A stretch of 64,000 bases of DNA from Chrysemys picta bellii. Lineage: Eukaryota. The notes under the pieces are model-generated. The model was not told the origin of the DNA. It worked only from the letters and a program-made list of their open reading frames with translations, and did not search any database. Of the stretch, positions 22,886-36,308 are shown piece by piece. Position 1 is the first letter of the stretch. Each line of letters begins with the position of its first letter. The stretch is from assembly GCF_011386835.1 (NCBI RefSeq), contig NC_088791.1:151466001-151530000 (forward strand), written 5' to 3'. The translations under genes were made by a program, and so were the position numbers.

Positions 22886-24051
22886 GGCACTTTTAGAGAC
22901 TTAATTAAGAGGCTATTCTGAAGCCTACAATCTTTTCGTTGACTTGAATGGGCTTCGGCTCAGGCCCTCCATGGCCCCTGAGCATACAGTAAAATAAAGG
23001 CTTTTATGGAACCCTTCCTCATTCAAAACCCATGTGCAGTGCTAAAATACTGAGCGCTTGCACTCTGTGTGGACCAAGTGTTATTTTCAAAGGCACATGC
23101 CTCAGCCAAATCAGCCCCCAATTTACTTCAGCATGATCAAAGGCATTATTCTATGCAACCTATTTCTATCTAGCTGGGTAGGCACATGGCCCTCCTCAGC
23201 ATAAAATCTGAGTGCCCATTTCCCTTTCAATTCTCCACCCGCAGCCAGGTCAGCACGAGCGCAGTTCAAATAGACATACATTGTTTCTTTTAATAATAAT
23301 AATGTTCCTCCAGTCCCAGTATCTAAAACAGTTGAAACCTTGTTTGCACAAGCTTTCAAATATAAAAATAAAAACATAAAAAATCTGCCCTTGGGTAAGA
23401 GGCTAAGTCTACAAAGTATCAGCCTGGGAGTCCATGATTTTGGAAAGTTATGAGTCACTGGTAGCAGAGTTGGAGAGTGGGAATGCTCACACAGTCTCTT
23501 CTATAGCTGTTGCACCCAGCCTAGATTTGGAGCTTGTCTACATGAATATTTAGATGATGGCTACCCCTACAATAGCCAGCTGCACACTAACCGTGCCTGT
23601 GGACCCAGCTCCTGTGCACTAACTGTTCCTTAGTGTGCTTTGATCTAGTCCCATTTCAAAGTTGTAGGTACAGTATCTCTATAGGATCCCTGCCCCCTAG
23701 TTTGGATCACTTGGCCTGCTGGGAAAAATTTAGTCAATAAATAGACTCTCTTCCATTTACAAATCTCTTTTACCATCCAAATACAGCTTCTGCTGTTGGG
23801 CACCATCTAAAAGTCAGTGAGATCAGGATCGCACATGGTGCCAGCATTCAGTGGAAATGGGACAGGAGAAGAAAGAGAAAGGAACATCATAACATATCTC
23901 AGGGACAAGGTGTATTTCAGTACCTTCCCCCACCCCCAAGGAATCAATTCTGGTGAAAGACTGCCAGGCCTAGGCCAAGGCCTAAAAAGAGACAGTCTGC
24001 TCTGAGAGTATCTACAGGCTGCTTCAGAAGCACACCATGCTGCAAATATGC

Positions 24052-24125
24052 TTCATAGATGTTAAGGTCCAAAGGGACCTTCGTGATCATCTAGTCTGAC
24101 CTCCTGCACATCGCAAGCCACAGCA
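24052..24125 (-). mobile_element. CR1 3' tail fragment
   Basis: TCATAGATGTTAAGGTCCAAAGGGACC..GATCATCTAGTCTGACCTCC is the reverse complement of a CR1 3' end. Confidence 0.75.
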
Positions 24126-27100
24126 CCTAAACCTCAACCACAAATAGGAGGGACCACCTCAAGAGGTGGACACTGGGTCTATTGCTTTCTTGCTGAGACT
24201 ACCACTGAGGGAGGCCGGTTATAGTGCCAAGGGTAGGGATGGGTTTATGGTATGTGTGCCTATCCCTTTGGAATGAGAGCCCACCAACACATTCCTACAG
24301 CTGGTCAGAAAATGATGCCTTCCCCCTGCCTCCCCCCCCCCCCCCAGCTGAAAATGTCAACTTATTGTAGAAAATACAAAAACTGAACATTTTCTGCCCC
24401 AAAAAGATAAAATTGTCAATTTTTAACCCAAACAAATATTTTTTTCAGGTTTTTGGTTTTCCAGTGAAAAATCACAAACTGTCAAGGAAAACCAGCACTT
24501 TCCACCAAACTTTTGTGTAGGTGTGTACTCTCAACGGCAGAGGATAAGTTCTCTGCCTGGCATGAAGAGTGCTGTGCACTGGGATTCAGGCCTCTTTGGG
24601 AGAACCTGAATGAGGCTCCCATGCAAGAGGGTGCCAGTTCAGTGAATATAGCACAGTTTGTATGCTGGCAGGGTTTGATCTCTCTTTATTTTGTTGGTCA
24701 CAGGGCAATGCAGGTTCATATGTAACCTACTGGTTAATGTGTGTTACAAGTGTCCCACTGTGTCTGATTTGCAGAGGATATGACTGTTATAGCCACAGCT
24801 AGAGAGCCTGGCTCTTTAGCTCAAGCTGTAACAGCTCATTATTTTAGCGCTGGAGGTCTGTGGTGTGTTGGCCAAGTTGGCAGCTGTCACACATCCACTG
24901 ACAAAGGTGAAGGCACCTTCTAACAGTTGGTCACCTTTATTGCTCTATCCCTGGCATCACATGCTCCCCACTGGCCACTTCTATGCCACACGTTGTTTTT
25001 ACCTTGCTGCTTCACTACATACATGCACTCGAATCACTCACAGTGTCTGGGGCTGTGCCCAGGCTCCTGTTCACTCAGGGTCAGTTGGGTACTCACCGTC
25101 TCAGAACTGCTTTATGAGCAGCTCTTTGAAGTCAATGGATCCAAGGAGTTCAAAGGAGTCTTTCCATTGACTTTGAAGGGGTTTTGATCGGTCCCTAAGA
25201 TATCTATAAGGAGAGATCAAAGAAGACGGAGATGGGGGAAGTGAGGAAGGAAAGGCAAGAAGGGGGTAGAAACACAAAAACTGGGATGGGGAGAGAGAGA
25301 AGAAAAGGCTCCAGACAGAGAATTAGGAAGAGAGAGAAAAGAAAGATAATATGGAAAGGTGGGAATTCAGATTCTGTAGGGCTGACTGTGCTTGATGTCT
25401 GGTCATGGGTGAATGGGAGATCTGAATGCTGTTTTCTCAATCTACATATCTGAGCCTGACCAGGTGTGAGACCATTTATCAAGCTTTTAATGCACTGTGT
25501 ACCCCATCTGTGAGGATTCTCAGTTCTGGACATTCTGCAGTCCTTGACCTTGGACAGCTCCAGGTGTCATCGAGCCATATGATAAATGATCATTTCTCCT
25601 GGAGAATGCATTTCCTTCCACTCCCTCTCCCAACACACACACACGTCCCATATCACATAGTGCACATCCCACAACACACTTGTAAGTTGTACCAAAATGC
25701 TGTATTCATCGCAAGTACACAAGTCCCAAAGACACATTGCATAATGCACAGATACAACATTCAATAAAACACACAGCAATACCCCCACGGCAGAGACAGA
25801 GGTATCGAGGACAGTACACTAAACCTCACACAAACTACACACCTCAGCAATGCACAGTTCTCCCTTTCTGCCCACTCCACCATGCCCTCCTGGTTTTAAA
25901 CAGCTGGACCACTCATTTTCCTATGTAAAGCCTGCAAAATTTGCCAGATCAACTTGTGTCTTCTATGCTATTCTAATAAAAGTTAAAAAATACCACCATG
26001 ACCCCTTTGCTAATATAACATTAAGGTTGCACAGTTAAAATAGGAATGATTTTAAAATAGTAAGGTAATGGAAACATTAAAGTTCCTGAATCAACTTTTA
26101 AGTTAGCTATATAAGGCACAATTTTATGGCCGATACAACATAAAAAACTAGGGACAGAAAATGCTCTATATGTGCAGCACAGCCAAGTTAACCTTGTTAC
26201 GGGTGAAAGGCACTATAGCTAATGCATAGATAGAATAGATGGCCTAAGTGCTTAAACAACTAATGGCATAAGGCACATTTATAAAAGAGTGGACACACAC
26301 ACACATGCACAGTGCATCTAAATGTGTACACTCAGACTTAATTAAATATGTTTATTATGCATTAAAAGTACCCAGCTTTCAATCCTTCTGAGCTTTATTA
26401 ATATCCAGCCTTTTTATTTTTTTCCCAAAAACGGTTGTGGAGGTACTTTTCAATAACTAGTATTTTCATGCCAGCTTTCATGGTTCATCTGGCTTTTGAG
26501 TCCTTGGGTGGGTGGAGGAACTTTTCTAATCTTTTAGAAAAGGAATAGTGACCATTTTTTTTTCACTCTCTCAAATCTCAAGTGGCTGAAGGGATTTTGC
26601 TCAGTATTTTGGAGAAAAAAAATCGCTTTTGGCCTGAGACTGACCATGGAGAATTTCAGCCCACAGATTCTGATACCCTGATTAATGTTGAAGAGACTCT
26701 CACACTGTGGGTAGCCCCATTAGTTTAAATTAGATTATTTGAGTAGTAAAATACTATTGAGCAGGAGTAAATGTGCAAGAATCTGACCCCAAATCTTTCT
26801 GAAAGTTTGGAGCATGTCAAAATGGGATTATCCTTGCACACAAGAAACTATCTTGCACCTGTACCAGATGCTGCCAAGCAAGAGCTGTGATGTAGCTCTT
26901 TTGCATGTTAATACAGAAAGTAGCAATATATCTCCTCAGTCACACTAGCTTCACAAAGGAAGTACAGATGCTGTGACCTCAGAATTTCAATTTCATTGCA
27001 TCCTCCATCAGGGGTGTCTTCCAGATGGGGCAGAGTCTAATTCAGGACCTCTTCTGTTTCATATGCCACGTTCTGGGTAATAACATGAGAGGACTCCATG

Positions 27101-29159
27101 CTTGTAAAATTAAATGGGCTCTTTATTAAGAGAATTATTTAAAGAGGTGCTGCAACTGCAGCTAGCATTCCAGCCATGTGCACACAGACAGGCTTCCAGG
27201 TGTCTCCTCCAAACTCTTCCCTCCTGCATCCTGTGCTCCTCCCTCCAAGTTCCATACAGATTGCTACAGATCATTCCAGAGTGGTACAGAAATCCACTTC
27301 CAATATTATTATTTCAACATTTTTATTACAGTAGAGCTCAAAGGCACCAGTCAGAATTGGAGTTTCATTGTGCTAGATGCTGTACATACCCGTAGCATAA
27401 CATGGTCCTTGCCATGACTGAGGTTCTCCTTCTCCCAGACATTGAACCTAGAGCCCATTCCAGGTGGGTACAGAAATCCAGTTCAGGTTCTTTTTCTTAG
27501 CCTTTGTCAATAAACCGAGAACAGTTTGGGACAGTCCGAAGGAAATCCCAGAGTGAAGTTAATGTCCACATGGCATATCTTTAGGGCATACCTTTAAGTG
27601 ATTTGAATTTACTCAGCATTTAAGAGGGGGAGGAGGCAAGGAATGGGAAAAAATGCTCCTCCATTTACTTGCTTGATATTAATCCACTTTTACTTTCTTT
27701 TTTTAAAAGCTGTAACAGGAAAATATTTTGAAATGGTGCTAGCTCTATATTAGTAAGAATCCCTCCCCTTCACACAGCCTCAGCATAACATCCGGGGGGG
27801 GGGGTCACAAGACCAGCTTAATTTTCTCAACACGCACCTCTAGTTGCATTTAAAATAAAGGATTTTTAAAGCATTGTTAACACCTCACCAAAGACTTCAA
27901 GAAACATTCTATTTAGAGACAGTGTGGCTGCTACAGCATGTCATACCTGATGTTATTTCTCTTCCCCTTGCTTCTATTACTGGGACGTAGGCATTGAAAC
28001 AAAATCTTTTGTTTAGAATTATTGCTTTAGATTCCCCACCTAAGGGCCATGTTGTTGTTTGTATGAGATGCAAGGATCATTTAAGAATCCTTGCCATTGT
28101 AAGCAAAGCTTGGGGTGTTATCCTTGGTCTTGTGGCCAAACCCAAATATCGGGTAACTACATTGTGCCTCCCTCCATCCTGTAGTTTCAGTTGCGAAAGG
28201 GATTCACTTCCTTACTAAACTAATGTGCACTGTTGCTGTGCATGATTAAACAGGTGCCACATTCCGTCACAGAGCTGGCTGCATTTCAGTGGGGGGGGAG
28301 AAGTGATTTCTGTGTATTGGCTGTGTACCTTTTTAAGTCTCTGAAGCACTGTGAAGGTCCTTTGGGAAAAGATGGCACTCCAGTACATAACCACAAGCTT
28401 GTTATGCTCTATTTGTGACCTCAGAACGGGCTGCCATGGAGACAACTGTAAGGGGGCATCATGGTCCAAATGACAGGACATGGGTTGATGAACTAGGACT
28501 CCTGGCTTCTGATCCTGGCTCTACCACAGACTTATTTCTTCAAGGTCACGCATTCACTTTGCCACTGTTTCCTCAGCTGGGAAAAGATACCTTCTTTTGT
28601 GAAAGGCTTTGAGACTGACAGGTGGGGGATAAGCAGTCGGAGCCAATAAAGTCTTCGGGAAAAAGTTGTTGGTGCCATGGAAATACCCTTCAGTAGCAAA
28701 ACAGAGAAGAGGAAGGGAGGTGTGGGACACCTCCTGAAAAAAATATATGTTTGCAAGCAGAATTTTCTTAACAGAATGGGCCCAGCTGGTCCTTGGTGAT
28801 ATTGTGCTACAGGCAATGGAGTTCCAGCAAGGATGAATTGGCCCAGTGTTTCAAACATTTCCTGCGGGCATCAGCGTCTCTGTATCTACAGTCAACATTC
28901 CTGAGTCTCACACTGGCCTCCACTGTAGTGACACGAGCAGAGCTGGCCCTGTGTGCTGGAGTTCATAATGCAGAACTTTACTGTCTGATATGCGAAATCC
29001 AGTCAGCCCAACTGCTCTCTGTGTTATATTGATGGGAAAATTATTCCCCCTTTGCTCAGTAACTTCCCCCACATCACTGGGGTAAGAGCCCGGAGCAGCA
29101 GTGAGCTCTGCATAGTCCATGCACCCATGATCTGAGACGTACGTTCGATGATATGTCCG

Positions 29160-29574
29160 TATTTCTATAATATGTATAAAATGGTCTAGCTGGCAACACT
29201 AGGTGGCAGAGGTGGGATCTTTTCTGCTCTGAGCGCTGTCCTATAAGGCATTGCTTGTTTAAGTACAGTCGCATTTAGTTGGAGCTGCAGGAGAGAGAGA
29301 CAGAGAGATTCTCTGTGTTTACAGCCAGCGCAGGCTACGACAGGCATCTAACCTGCCCCCCCCCCTTCTCCATCACTTGAAGGAGAGAGTGTGAGGTTAT
29401 TTGGGAATCTGGCCGTCGTGGCTCAGCTTTCTCTGCACTGGATTGTCTGAGCTGTTAGAACACAGCCCGGGGAGACAGAAAGAAGACAAGAATTCCATCT
29501 TATTTTTTAAAAAGAGAGAGCGAGAGAGCAGGAGAGCGAGAAAGAGAGAAAGACAGACAGACAGAGACAGAAGC
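29160..29574 (+). promoter_or_regulatory. LSAMP: Putative LSAMP 1a core promoter and 5' UTR
   Basis: TATAAAA at 29175-29181, CTCF-like ACACTAGGTGGCAG at 29196-29209, no ATG between ~29185 and 29574, GA/GACA-rich tract just before the ATG, and no recognisable repeats. The TSS is not determinable from sequence. Confidence 0.55.
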
Positions 29575-29641
29575 ATGAGGACCTACTGGCTGCACAGCAT
29601 CTGGGTGCTGGGATTCTTCCTGTCCCTCTTCTCCTTGCAAG
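29575..29641 (+). CDS. LSAMP: First coding exon (alternative exon 1a, signal peptide) of limbic system-associated membrane protein, IgLON family
   Basis: ATG at 29575 reads MRTYWLHSIWVLGFFLSLFSLQ plus G, then a canonical phase-1 donor (CAAG|GTAGGT at 29641/29642). I recognise this from memory as the LSAMP promoter-1a leader (MRTYWLHSVWVLGFFLSLFSLQG in mammals/birds). It is preceded by a GA-rich, ATG-free leader. Confidence 0.88.
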
Positions 29642-30289
29642 GTAGGTGATGAGTTCATTTCTTAGTGCCTCCCCCACCCCCCTTGTTTGATTTGGGGCTG
29701 ATGAACTGAGGACGAGTTGGAAGATGGAGATGTATCTATTTAAATTCATCCTCCACCTCCTTCAGGAAATAAGAGCCAAGGAGAGATTATTGCTGGGGAA
29801 TCTTCTGGTTAGAGGACACCTCCTGTACCTGACTTGCTGCTGGGTTTGTGTTCTTTGCAGGGGACTGCTGGGAGAGGGGGAATCGGCAAAGGAAGGGGCT
29901 AGATGGAGCTGGGTGTCCCTGTTCTACTGCCATACGCAGCCTGCGTTGCTTGGCACTTTGGGTTACTAGTGCCGATGCGCCTTTCTGTGGAAATCTCTGT
30001 TAAGTTTTTAGAAGGTGCCTTTGTGGCTCTTTGGTGTGTCCACACAAACACTGCCTCCTCCCCACCCCCAGCAAAAAAAGTGGGGGAGCTAGGGAGGCAG
30101 AGATGGGAGAAGGAAATGCTCTGGGTATTGGCTCTTGCCAAGTGGGGAATTGTCACCTGGGTTTCATGCTTATAGAGCTAAGTGTACGTAGGATGAAGTT
30201 TGAAAGGACGATAGACATTTTTGGATGGTTTAGAGGGGTTTTCTGTAAACAAGGATTAAGGGTGAATGCATACTGTACAGTGTGTACAA

Positions 30290-30602
30290 ACTAACACACA
30301 CACATACACAGTCTTCCCCCATACACGGACTTGCATCTCATACACAAGCAACACACTCATTCATACATGCCAATAATCGCACATACACACATGCCCATAA
30401 ATATAACATACACTGTGCGTAAACTCACTCCAGCTCACTGTGCCACACACATTTCTATCTCCCTGCAATTCCTACAGTGTCACACACCTGCATACACTCA
30501 CTTCCATTGCCCTCTCTCTCACTTGCACACACACACTCTTGGTCCATCTCACCAGCACTGTTGGTTTGCGCACACGCTTTATCTACCCTGCAGCACCCCT
30601 CT

Positions 30603-30640
<38 letters not shown>

Positions 30641-31240
30641 CTTTATTATCTGTATGTCAGGCCTACTGTCTATGATACACTGCCTCGCATGCGCTTGATC
30701 ACTCACACACAAACGCACACACAAGATCTCTTGTTCTGGGGCTTTCTCTCACACACCTTCTCTGTCACACTCTCTGACACCCTGTCCTGCTTATGTACAC
30801 ACTGTCCCTCTTTTCTCCCTAGCTCACACTTGTGCACACACTATCCCTCTGTCTCACAAGTTGTATCAAGCACCCACGGAAACCCCTACACCTACACCCA
30901 CTCTCTCCCTTCTGCACACTTTCTCTCAGACATACTAACACAATCTCTCACACTCACAGACTCACCCTTTCCCCACCACTGTTGCATGCTCTTGCTCCCA
31001 TACACCTCCCCTCTCTCTGCTGCATGTTATCCGACTGTTCTCTCTCGCACTCTTTCTTGCTCACGGTGTCACACATACATGCTCTCCTTCATCTCTCACA
31101 GATTTTCTCTCAGACACACACTTTCTCAGCTCTGGATTGGGAAACAGGCACTTTCTTCTCCCCATGTGCCCATTTCTGAGGAAGGAGCGAGAATTTTTCA
31201 ACACATACATGCATACACCCTCCCCCCCACACACACAAAT
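30290..31240. repeat. CA-rich low-complexity tract including GCGCGC(AC)14 at 30604-30637
   Basis: Dense ACAC/CTCAC motifs; pure (AC)n at 30610-30637. Confidence 0.85.
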
Positions 31241-34200
31241 AAATGCGTAGCCACTGTGAGCAGTGCAGTCCAATGGCTTGGCATGAGTGACCCTCTGCTC
31301 TGGGAGAACTGGCCTGGACCCATCAAGGAAAACGGACACTGCCAATTCACATAGACTCCAAACTCCTCCTCCTATCCCTGATGTCCAACTAAAGCCACTG
31401 GGGCTTGAGCCATACAGTGCTTCCAATACACAAGCTGGTGTGAACAGTGACCTGGAGATCCCGAATCTGGCATAGTTTGGAGTTGCTTTCACCTTTTGCA
31501 GTGACTCTGGTCCTATGGCTCCCACCACAATCCATGTTAAGCTTGGGAGCTGCTATCGTTTAACCTGTTCCCCTGCACTAGTTACATAACAACTGCACAA
31601 ACCCCCAAACTGTATGTTTCCCTGATGCTGCCAGAGATAATTAACCCTTTGAACACTGAGCTACCATGTATCCTCTGGAGAGGGGGAGAGAACAATGCTA
31701 ACACTGGGACCACAGCTACAAATCCTCCCTCCTCCCAACTTTTGGATAAACTGGAACCCAGATCGGAGCCACTCCTGGTTCCAGTTTTGCGGCTCTGAAA
31801 GCCAGCCATGGAATTTACATCTCTCGTCCCCAGGGAGTGAGAGCCTGTAGAAGGCAGGGTGTGGGGGCTGCCCAGGAGAGGCAGGGCGCTGTGGTGAGCA
31901 AACCAAAAGGTGCTGAAGGGGCTAAAAGGAAGAATGCTGCACTCCACAATATTCAATGGTAATGAGCCCAGCATGTGTCAGTAATACTGGCAAGTGTGCC
32001 TGTGCGGGGCTGTTACTCTAGAGTACTGGAGTATTGATTTGGATAGGGAATGCCTCCTCACATGGCTTCCAAACACCATCCAAGCACAGCATATCGCAGA
32101 CAGCTAGCCAACTGGGCTTGACGTTTTCCGAGCCACCCTAAAACAGGCTGCCCCCCTCGGTCGGTCTGTCGGGATGTATGTGTATACAGAGTTGACATTT
32201 CCCTTGTTCCAATCTCCCATGGGTGACTGAGCTGAGAGCAAAAGGGAACTGGGCTGATGTTGTGGGGCACAGCCAAGCTGTGACTGAATGGCAGGCAGTG
32301 GAGGGAGAGAGGACCGCAGTTGAGGCTGGCAGGAGAGCTAAGGACTGCACAGTGCCAAGTGACTCACACAGGCTGTCTCCTCTGGTGCCTTTGCCAGGGT
32401 ACATGAAACAGGTTGAATGTCCCCTCTGCCTGGCTGGGCTCAGGGGCATGGGGATGGAGAGGGGGCTTTGCTCTTTTCCCCCTTGTCAGGGCTCAAGGCT
32501 TGCAGTCTTGCACTGAGTTTCACTCTCCTCACTCCCATGCTTAGCTGGGTGGCTCAGGTTTCCTGTGCTACTCTGCTTCTGCGCGGTGGCAGGATAGGAT
32601 GCCCGTTCTCCCAGCCCTCACCATTAGGCTGGGCTGGGCCAATGTCCCCGCATTCCCCTGGTGCCAACCCAAGCCCCCAAAGTGGGCTCTTACAAACCTT
32701 GCCATGTTTGTCTTGGCCCCACTGCCCTGTTTGAGCTGGAGGCTCACAGCTCCCATGCTCCCCAGTGCCCCACTCAGGTTCGAATCCATGGGGCTGCCTC
32801 TTGGACCACACTGAGCACTCAAATCTGCACAGCCTTTGGTGTATTGATTTATTTGCCAGCATTTTATCTTCACGGCCTTCCTCAGTAGAGCCAGTGTAGC
32901 ATGGTGTGTCGGGGGGAGGGGAGGAGAGGAGGGGGGTTTGACGTTATGACATGTGTGTGTTAGTCTGTGGTGCCTATGTGCTGGTGAACGTGATGGGTTT
33001 GTGCAGTATCTGTGCATCACTGAGGCAAAGGAAAAGTCTTTCCCCACTTCCTTGGATATACTTTTCTTTCTAGTTATTTTCAGGGTGTCTAATGCAATCA
33101 GGGAACACTCCCCACACATGGCTGTATTGACGAGATAACGACTCTCTCAGCTGGCTTATGGTCCCTTAAGTGATGAAGATGTGCAAGGCCCAAGGTGAAG
33201 CTGAATTTACTTGCAGACTCCAAATGTGGGCAGAAGGTAGAAAAAGCTGGTTATTTGAGTACTGAAAACAAGGATTTTTCTGTCAAACCCCGTGAGTTTG
33301 CTCTAGCCCTGCTCCAACATCCACAGACCACTGCAACTCAATACAACAATAGCTACCACCCCAGTAATGACCCAATCCCTCCACCAGTTCTACACCTCCA
33401 CTCTCAGTCATGTGATCTGAAGGCTTTACTATGACAAATAGAGGCCTGCTCCAACTCTCAGCCTCTAATGCCCCTCTCCTTGTCCTGAGACAAGTATCAT
33501 CAGGCAGGCTCTGAGACTGGTGCTGGGAACAAAAAGCCAGGTGGTCTCTGGCACTAGCATGGGTTTATGAGGGCAAGGGACCTCCTCATTCTCTGCCCCT
33601 TACACAGGGGCTGGGGTGGTCGGTCCCCATGCTTAGGGTCATGCAGTGATTGCTCTCCCCTGCCCTTCTACCTCTGGGGCATTCCTGTATCTTGGGGGTT
33701 CAGGCAAGAGAGCAAACAACTTAAAGGAGCCACCAGCTGCATTTCCTTTCATCCCACAAACAACAGGGGCTTCTTGAAAACTCCCTTCCAGCACCTCCTC
33801 CTTCTCCCCTGCCTCCTCCCATCATTGATCAATGGGAGAGGCAGCCCTTTAGAACCTGAGCCTTCTTGTCCTGGGCCAGCAGCGCCTCCTGCAGGCCCCC
33901 TTGGACTTCTGCAGTCCAGGCACCAGTGGGATGGGATTAACCCTCTTTGGGGGAGGTGAGATTCCGCGCAGAGGTGACTGGACGAGAGGTAGGCTCATTC
34001 TGATGTGAACTTCAAAGTGTATGATCGGGCTAGATAGAACCACTGGGATGGAAGCCTGGTCCTTTCTATGATATGCAGTACTGCAATCATACTGTGCTGG
34101 GGGAGTGGTGAGTGGGTGGGTGAACGAGAAGGGTGCTCATTTGGCAGGAACAGGATACTTCTGCGATAGTCCATCCCTCCTGCTTAATGCTGTAAAATGA

Positions 34201-34914
34201 GAACAAAGGGTGCTATAGTGAGATTAAGAGCCAATGAAAGGGAAGTCTTCTCCACTGGGCCTATAAAAAACCTGCAGAACTCCCTGCTGGAGAGAGTCAC
34301 TGGGGTTACTGAGACTAGCTTTTGGAATGGGCTGGATGATCTTATGACCATGAGTACAACTAGCTGAAGAGCAAGGTGAAGAGGACACTGAAAACTTGTG
34401 CTTCAGGGAAGCATAAGGTGATTGCCATGGGGATTTGTGTGGAATTTATCTAGCCATCCACAGACAGCATTGTACAACTGGCCAGGTACCCTACTAGTGG
34501 GGTCCCTTTTCTGGGAGATGCTGCCAGTGGCAGGAGATTGAGTTCAGTGACCCAATGGCAAATTCTCCCTCTTTAAGAGGTTCCCTTTTCCTTAAAGAAG
34601 AATGTGTTGTGATTTCATGTGCTGTTCAGACTCAGTCAGAGAATTGCTTTGACAGATGAAGCACACTCCTTGTTATCGTTTTGTCCAGGAGAAAAAAATA
34701 TCAGTCACAGCACAGACCATCTTGTCCAGCTCTGATAATGAGAAGAGAAAATGGTGAGGGCAGAATGGATAGCACTTGGGGTGAGCACTCTAGACAGTTC
34801 TCCCTCCCAGTGTGGGGCAGGGTGGGGCTCTGGTGGGAGAGATACAGAGACTGCCCCTCCCAGTGTAGGACAGGGGGACACTATGGAAAGACAGGTACAG
34901 AGGCAGCCTTCCCA

Positions 34915-35372
34915 TTGATTAGGGGTATGGAACAGCTTCCATATGAGGAAAGACTAAAAGGACTGGGACTATTCAGCTTAGAAAAGAGATGACTTAGGGG
35001 GGATAGGACAGAGGTCTAATGGTGTGGTGAAGGTGAATAAGGAAGTGTTATTTACCCCTCCACATAACACAAGAATCAGGGGTCACCCCATGAAATTAAT
35101 AGGCAGCAGGTTTGAAACAAACAAAAGGAAGTACTTCTTCACACAATGCACAGTCAACCTGTGGAACTCATTGCCAGGGGAAGTTTTGAAGGGCAAAAGT
35201 ATAACTTGGTTCAAAAAGGAAGTAGATAAGTTCATGGAGGATACCTTTATCAATGGCTATTTGCGAAGATGGTCAGGGATGCAGCCGCATGCTCAGTGTG
35301 TCCCTAAGCTAGAAGCTGGGACTTGGCAATAGGGGATGGAGTATTCAATAATTGTCCTGTTCTGTTCATTCT
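34915..35372 (+). mobile_element. CR1 LINE fragment (ORF2 C-terminus and 3' UTR)
   Basis: [22 protein letters not shown]; [28 protein letters not shown]. Confidence 0.9.
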
Positions 35373-35779
35373 CCCAGTGTGGGGTGGTGGATGCTGTGGG
35401 GAGAGGCACAGATGCATACCCTGCCAGTGTTGGTCCAGGGGAACTCTGGGAATTAGTGATGCAAATACAAATGGGTGAAGAAAGAGAGGTAATGTCCTGA
35501 TTTTGTTCTATGCCATTTGCCTTAATGCAGCTCAGAGGATGGTGAATTATTAGGGTTATGGCCCAAGGGAAGAGTTGGGATTTGAGATTGATGTTTGATA
35601 TTCAGGGCTCAGTCCTGCCTTGGCTGGAGCATAGATATGGAAGCTGAGATGCTGCCCCGTGTATCCTGTCCAGTGGAATTCCTGCCAGCCAGGGCAAAGT
35701 TCCCCATCCCACTCACACAGAAAGAAGTGGGGAAGTGCTGTGAAGGGTGCACCTCTGCTTCCCTGAGCCATAGCAGAGT

Positions 35780-36308
35780 TTTCCCTGGCTAGGGCTTGCT
35801 GATGTTGCCTTCCTTGATCTCCTTCCTCTGAAGCATCAGGGATGGCCATGGCTGGAGAAGGGACATTGAGTGGGGTGGGGGGCAGGGCTCTGAGGTGGCA
35901 CCAAGCATTCTCTTTCTTAGGGGTTTGGCTGGCTGGTGTGCTCTTCACATGCTTGGCATCTAACTGATCACCATATGTGGGGTCAGGACGGAATTTTCCA
36001 CCAAGCCAGATTGATAGGGATGTTGCAGGTTTCCGTCTTCCTCTGCAGCGTGTGGGTGCGGGTCGCTTGCCAGGAGTAGCTGGGTATATCTCACTTAATC
36101 ATTTCCCTGCCATTGCAGGGGCCTCTGACTTGTTGCACTTCGGTCCCTCCTATTCTCTGGCTGTGGTACACAATTCCTGTGGGCTGTATACTTTGGTCTA
36201 AGTTTGGTTGTTGGGTTTAGTGTGCAGGGGGGTGGGTGTTGGTGGCCTGTGATATACAAGAGGTCAGACTAGGTGATCTGATGGTTCCTTTTAGCCTTAA
36301 ACTCTATG
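35780..36308 (+). mobile_element. CR1 3' UTR and tail
   Basis: CTGATCACCATATGTGGGGTCAGGACGGAATTTTCC resembles the 3' UTR of the CR1 at 2252-3382; ends GAGGTCAGACTAGGTGATC..GGTTCCTTTTAGCCTTAAACTCTATG. Confidence 0.7.

Noticed and set aside
29232-29241. REST/NRSE site in the LSAMP promoter (GGACAGCGCT on the minus strand)
   Set aside because: Only the right half-site matches; no TTCAGCACC-like left half at canonical spacing. Not supportable without ChIP or conservation data.
30440-31354. 304-aa His/Thr/Leu-rich ORF
   Set aside because: Translation of the CA-rich low-complexity tract inside the intron; no splice or domain support.
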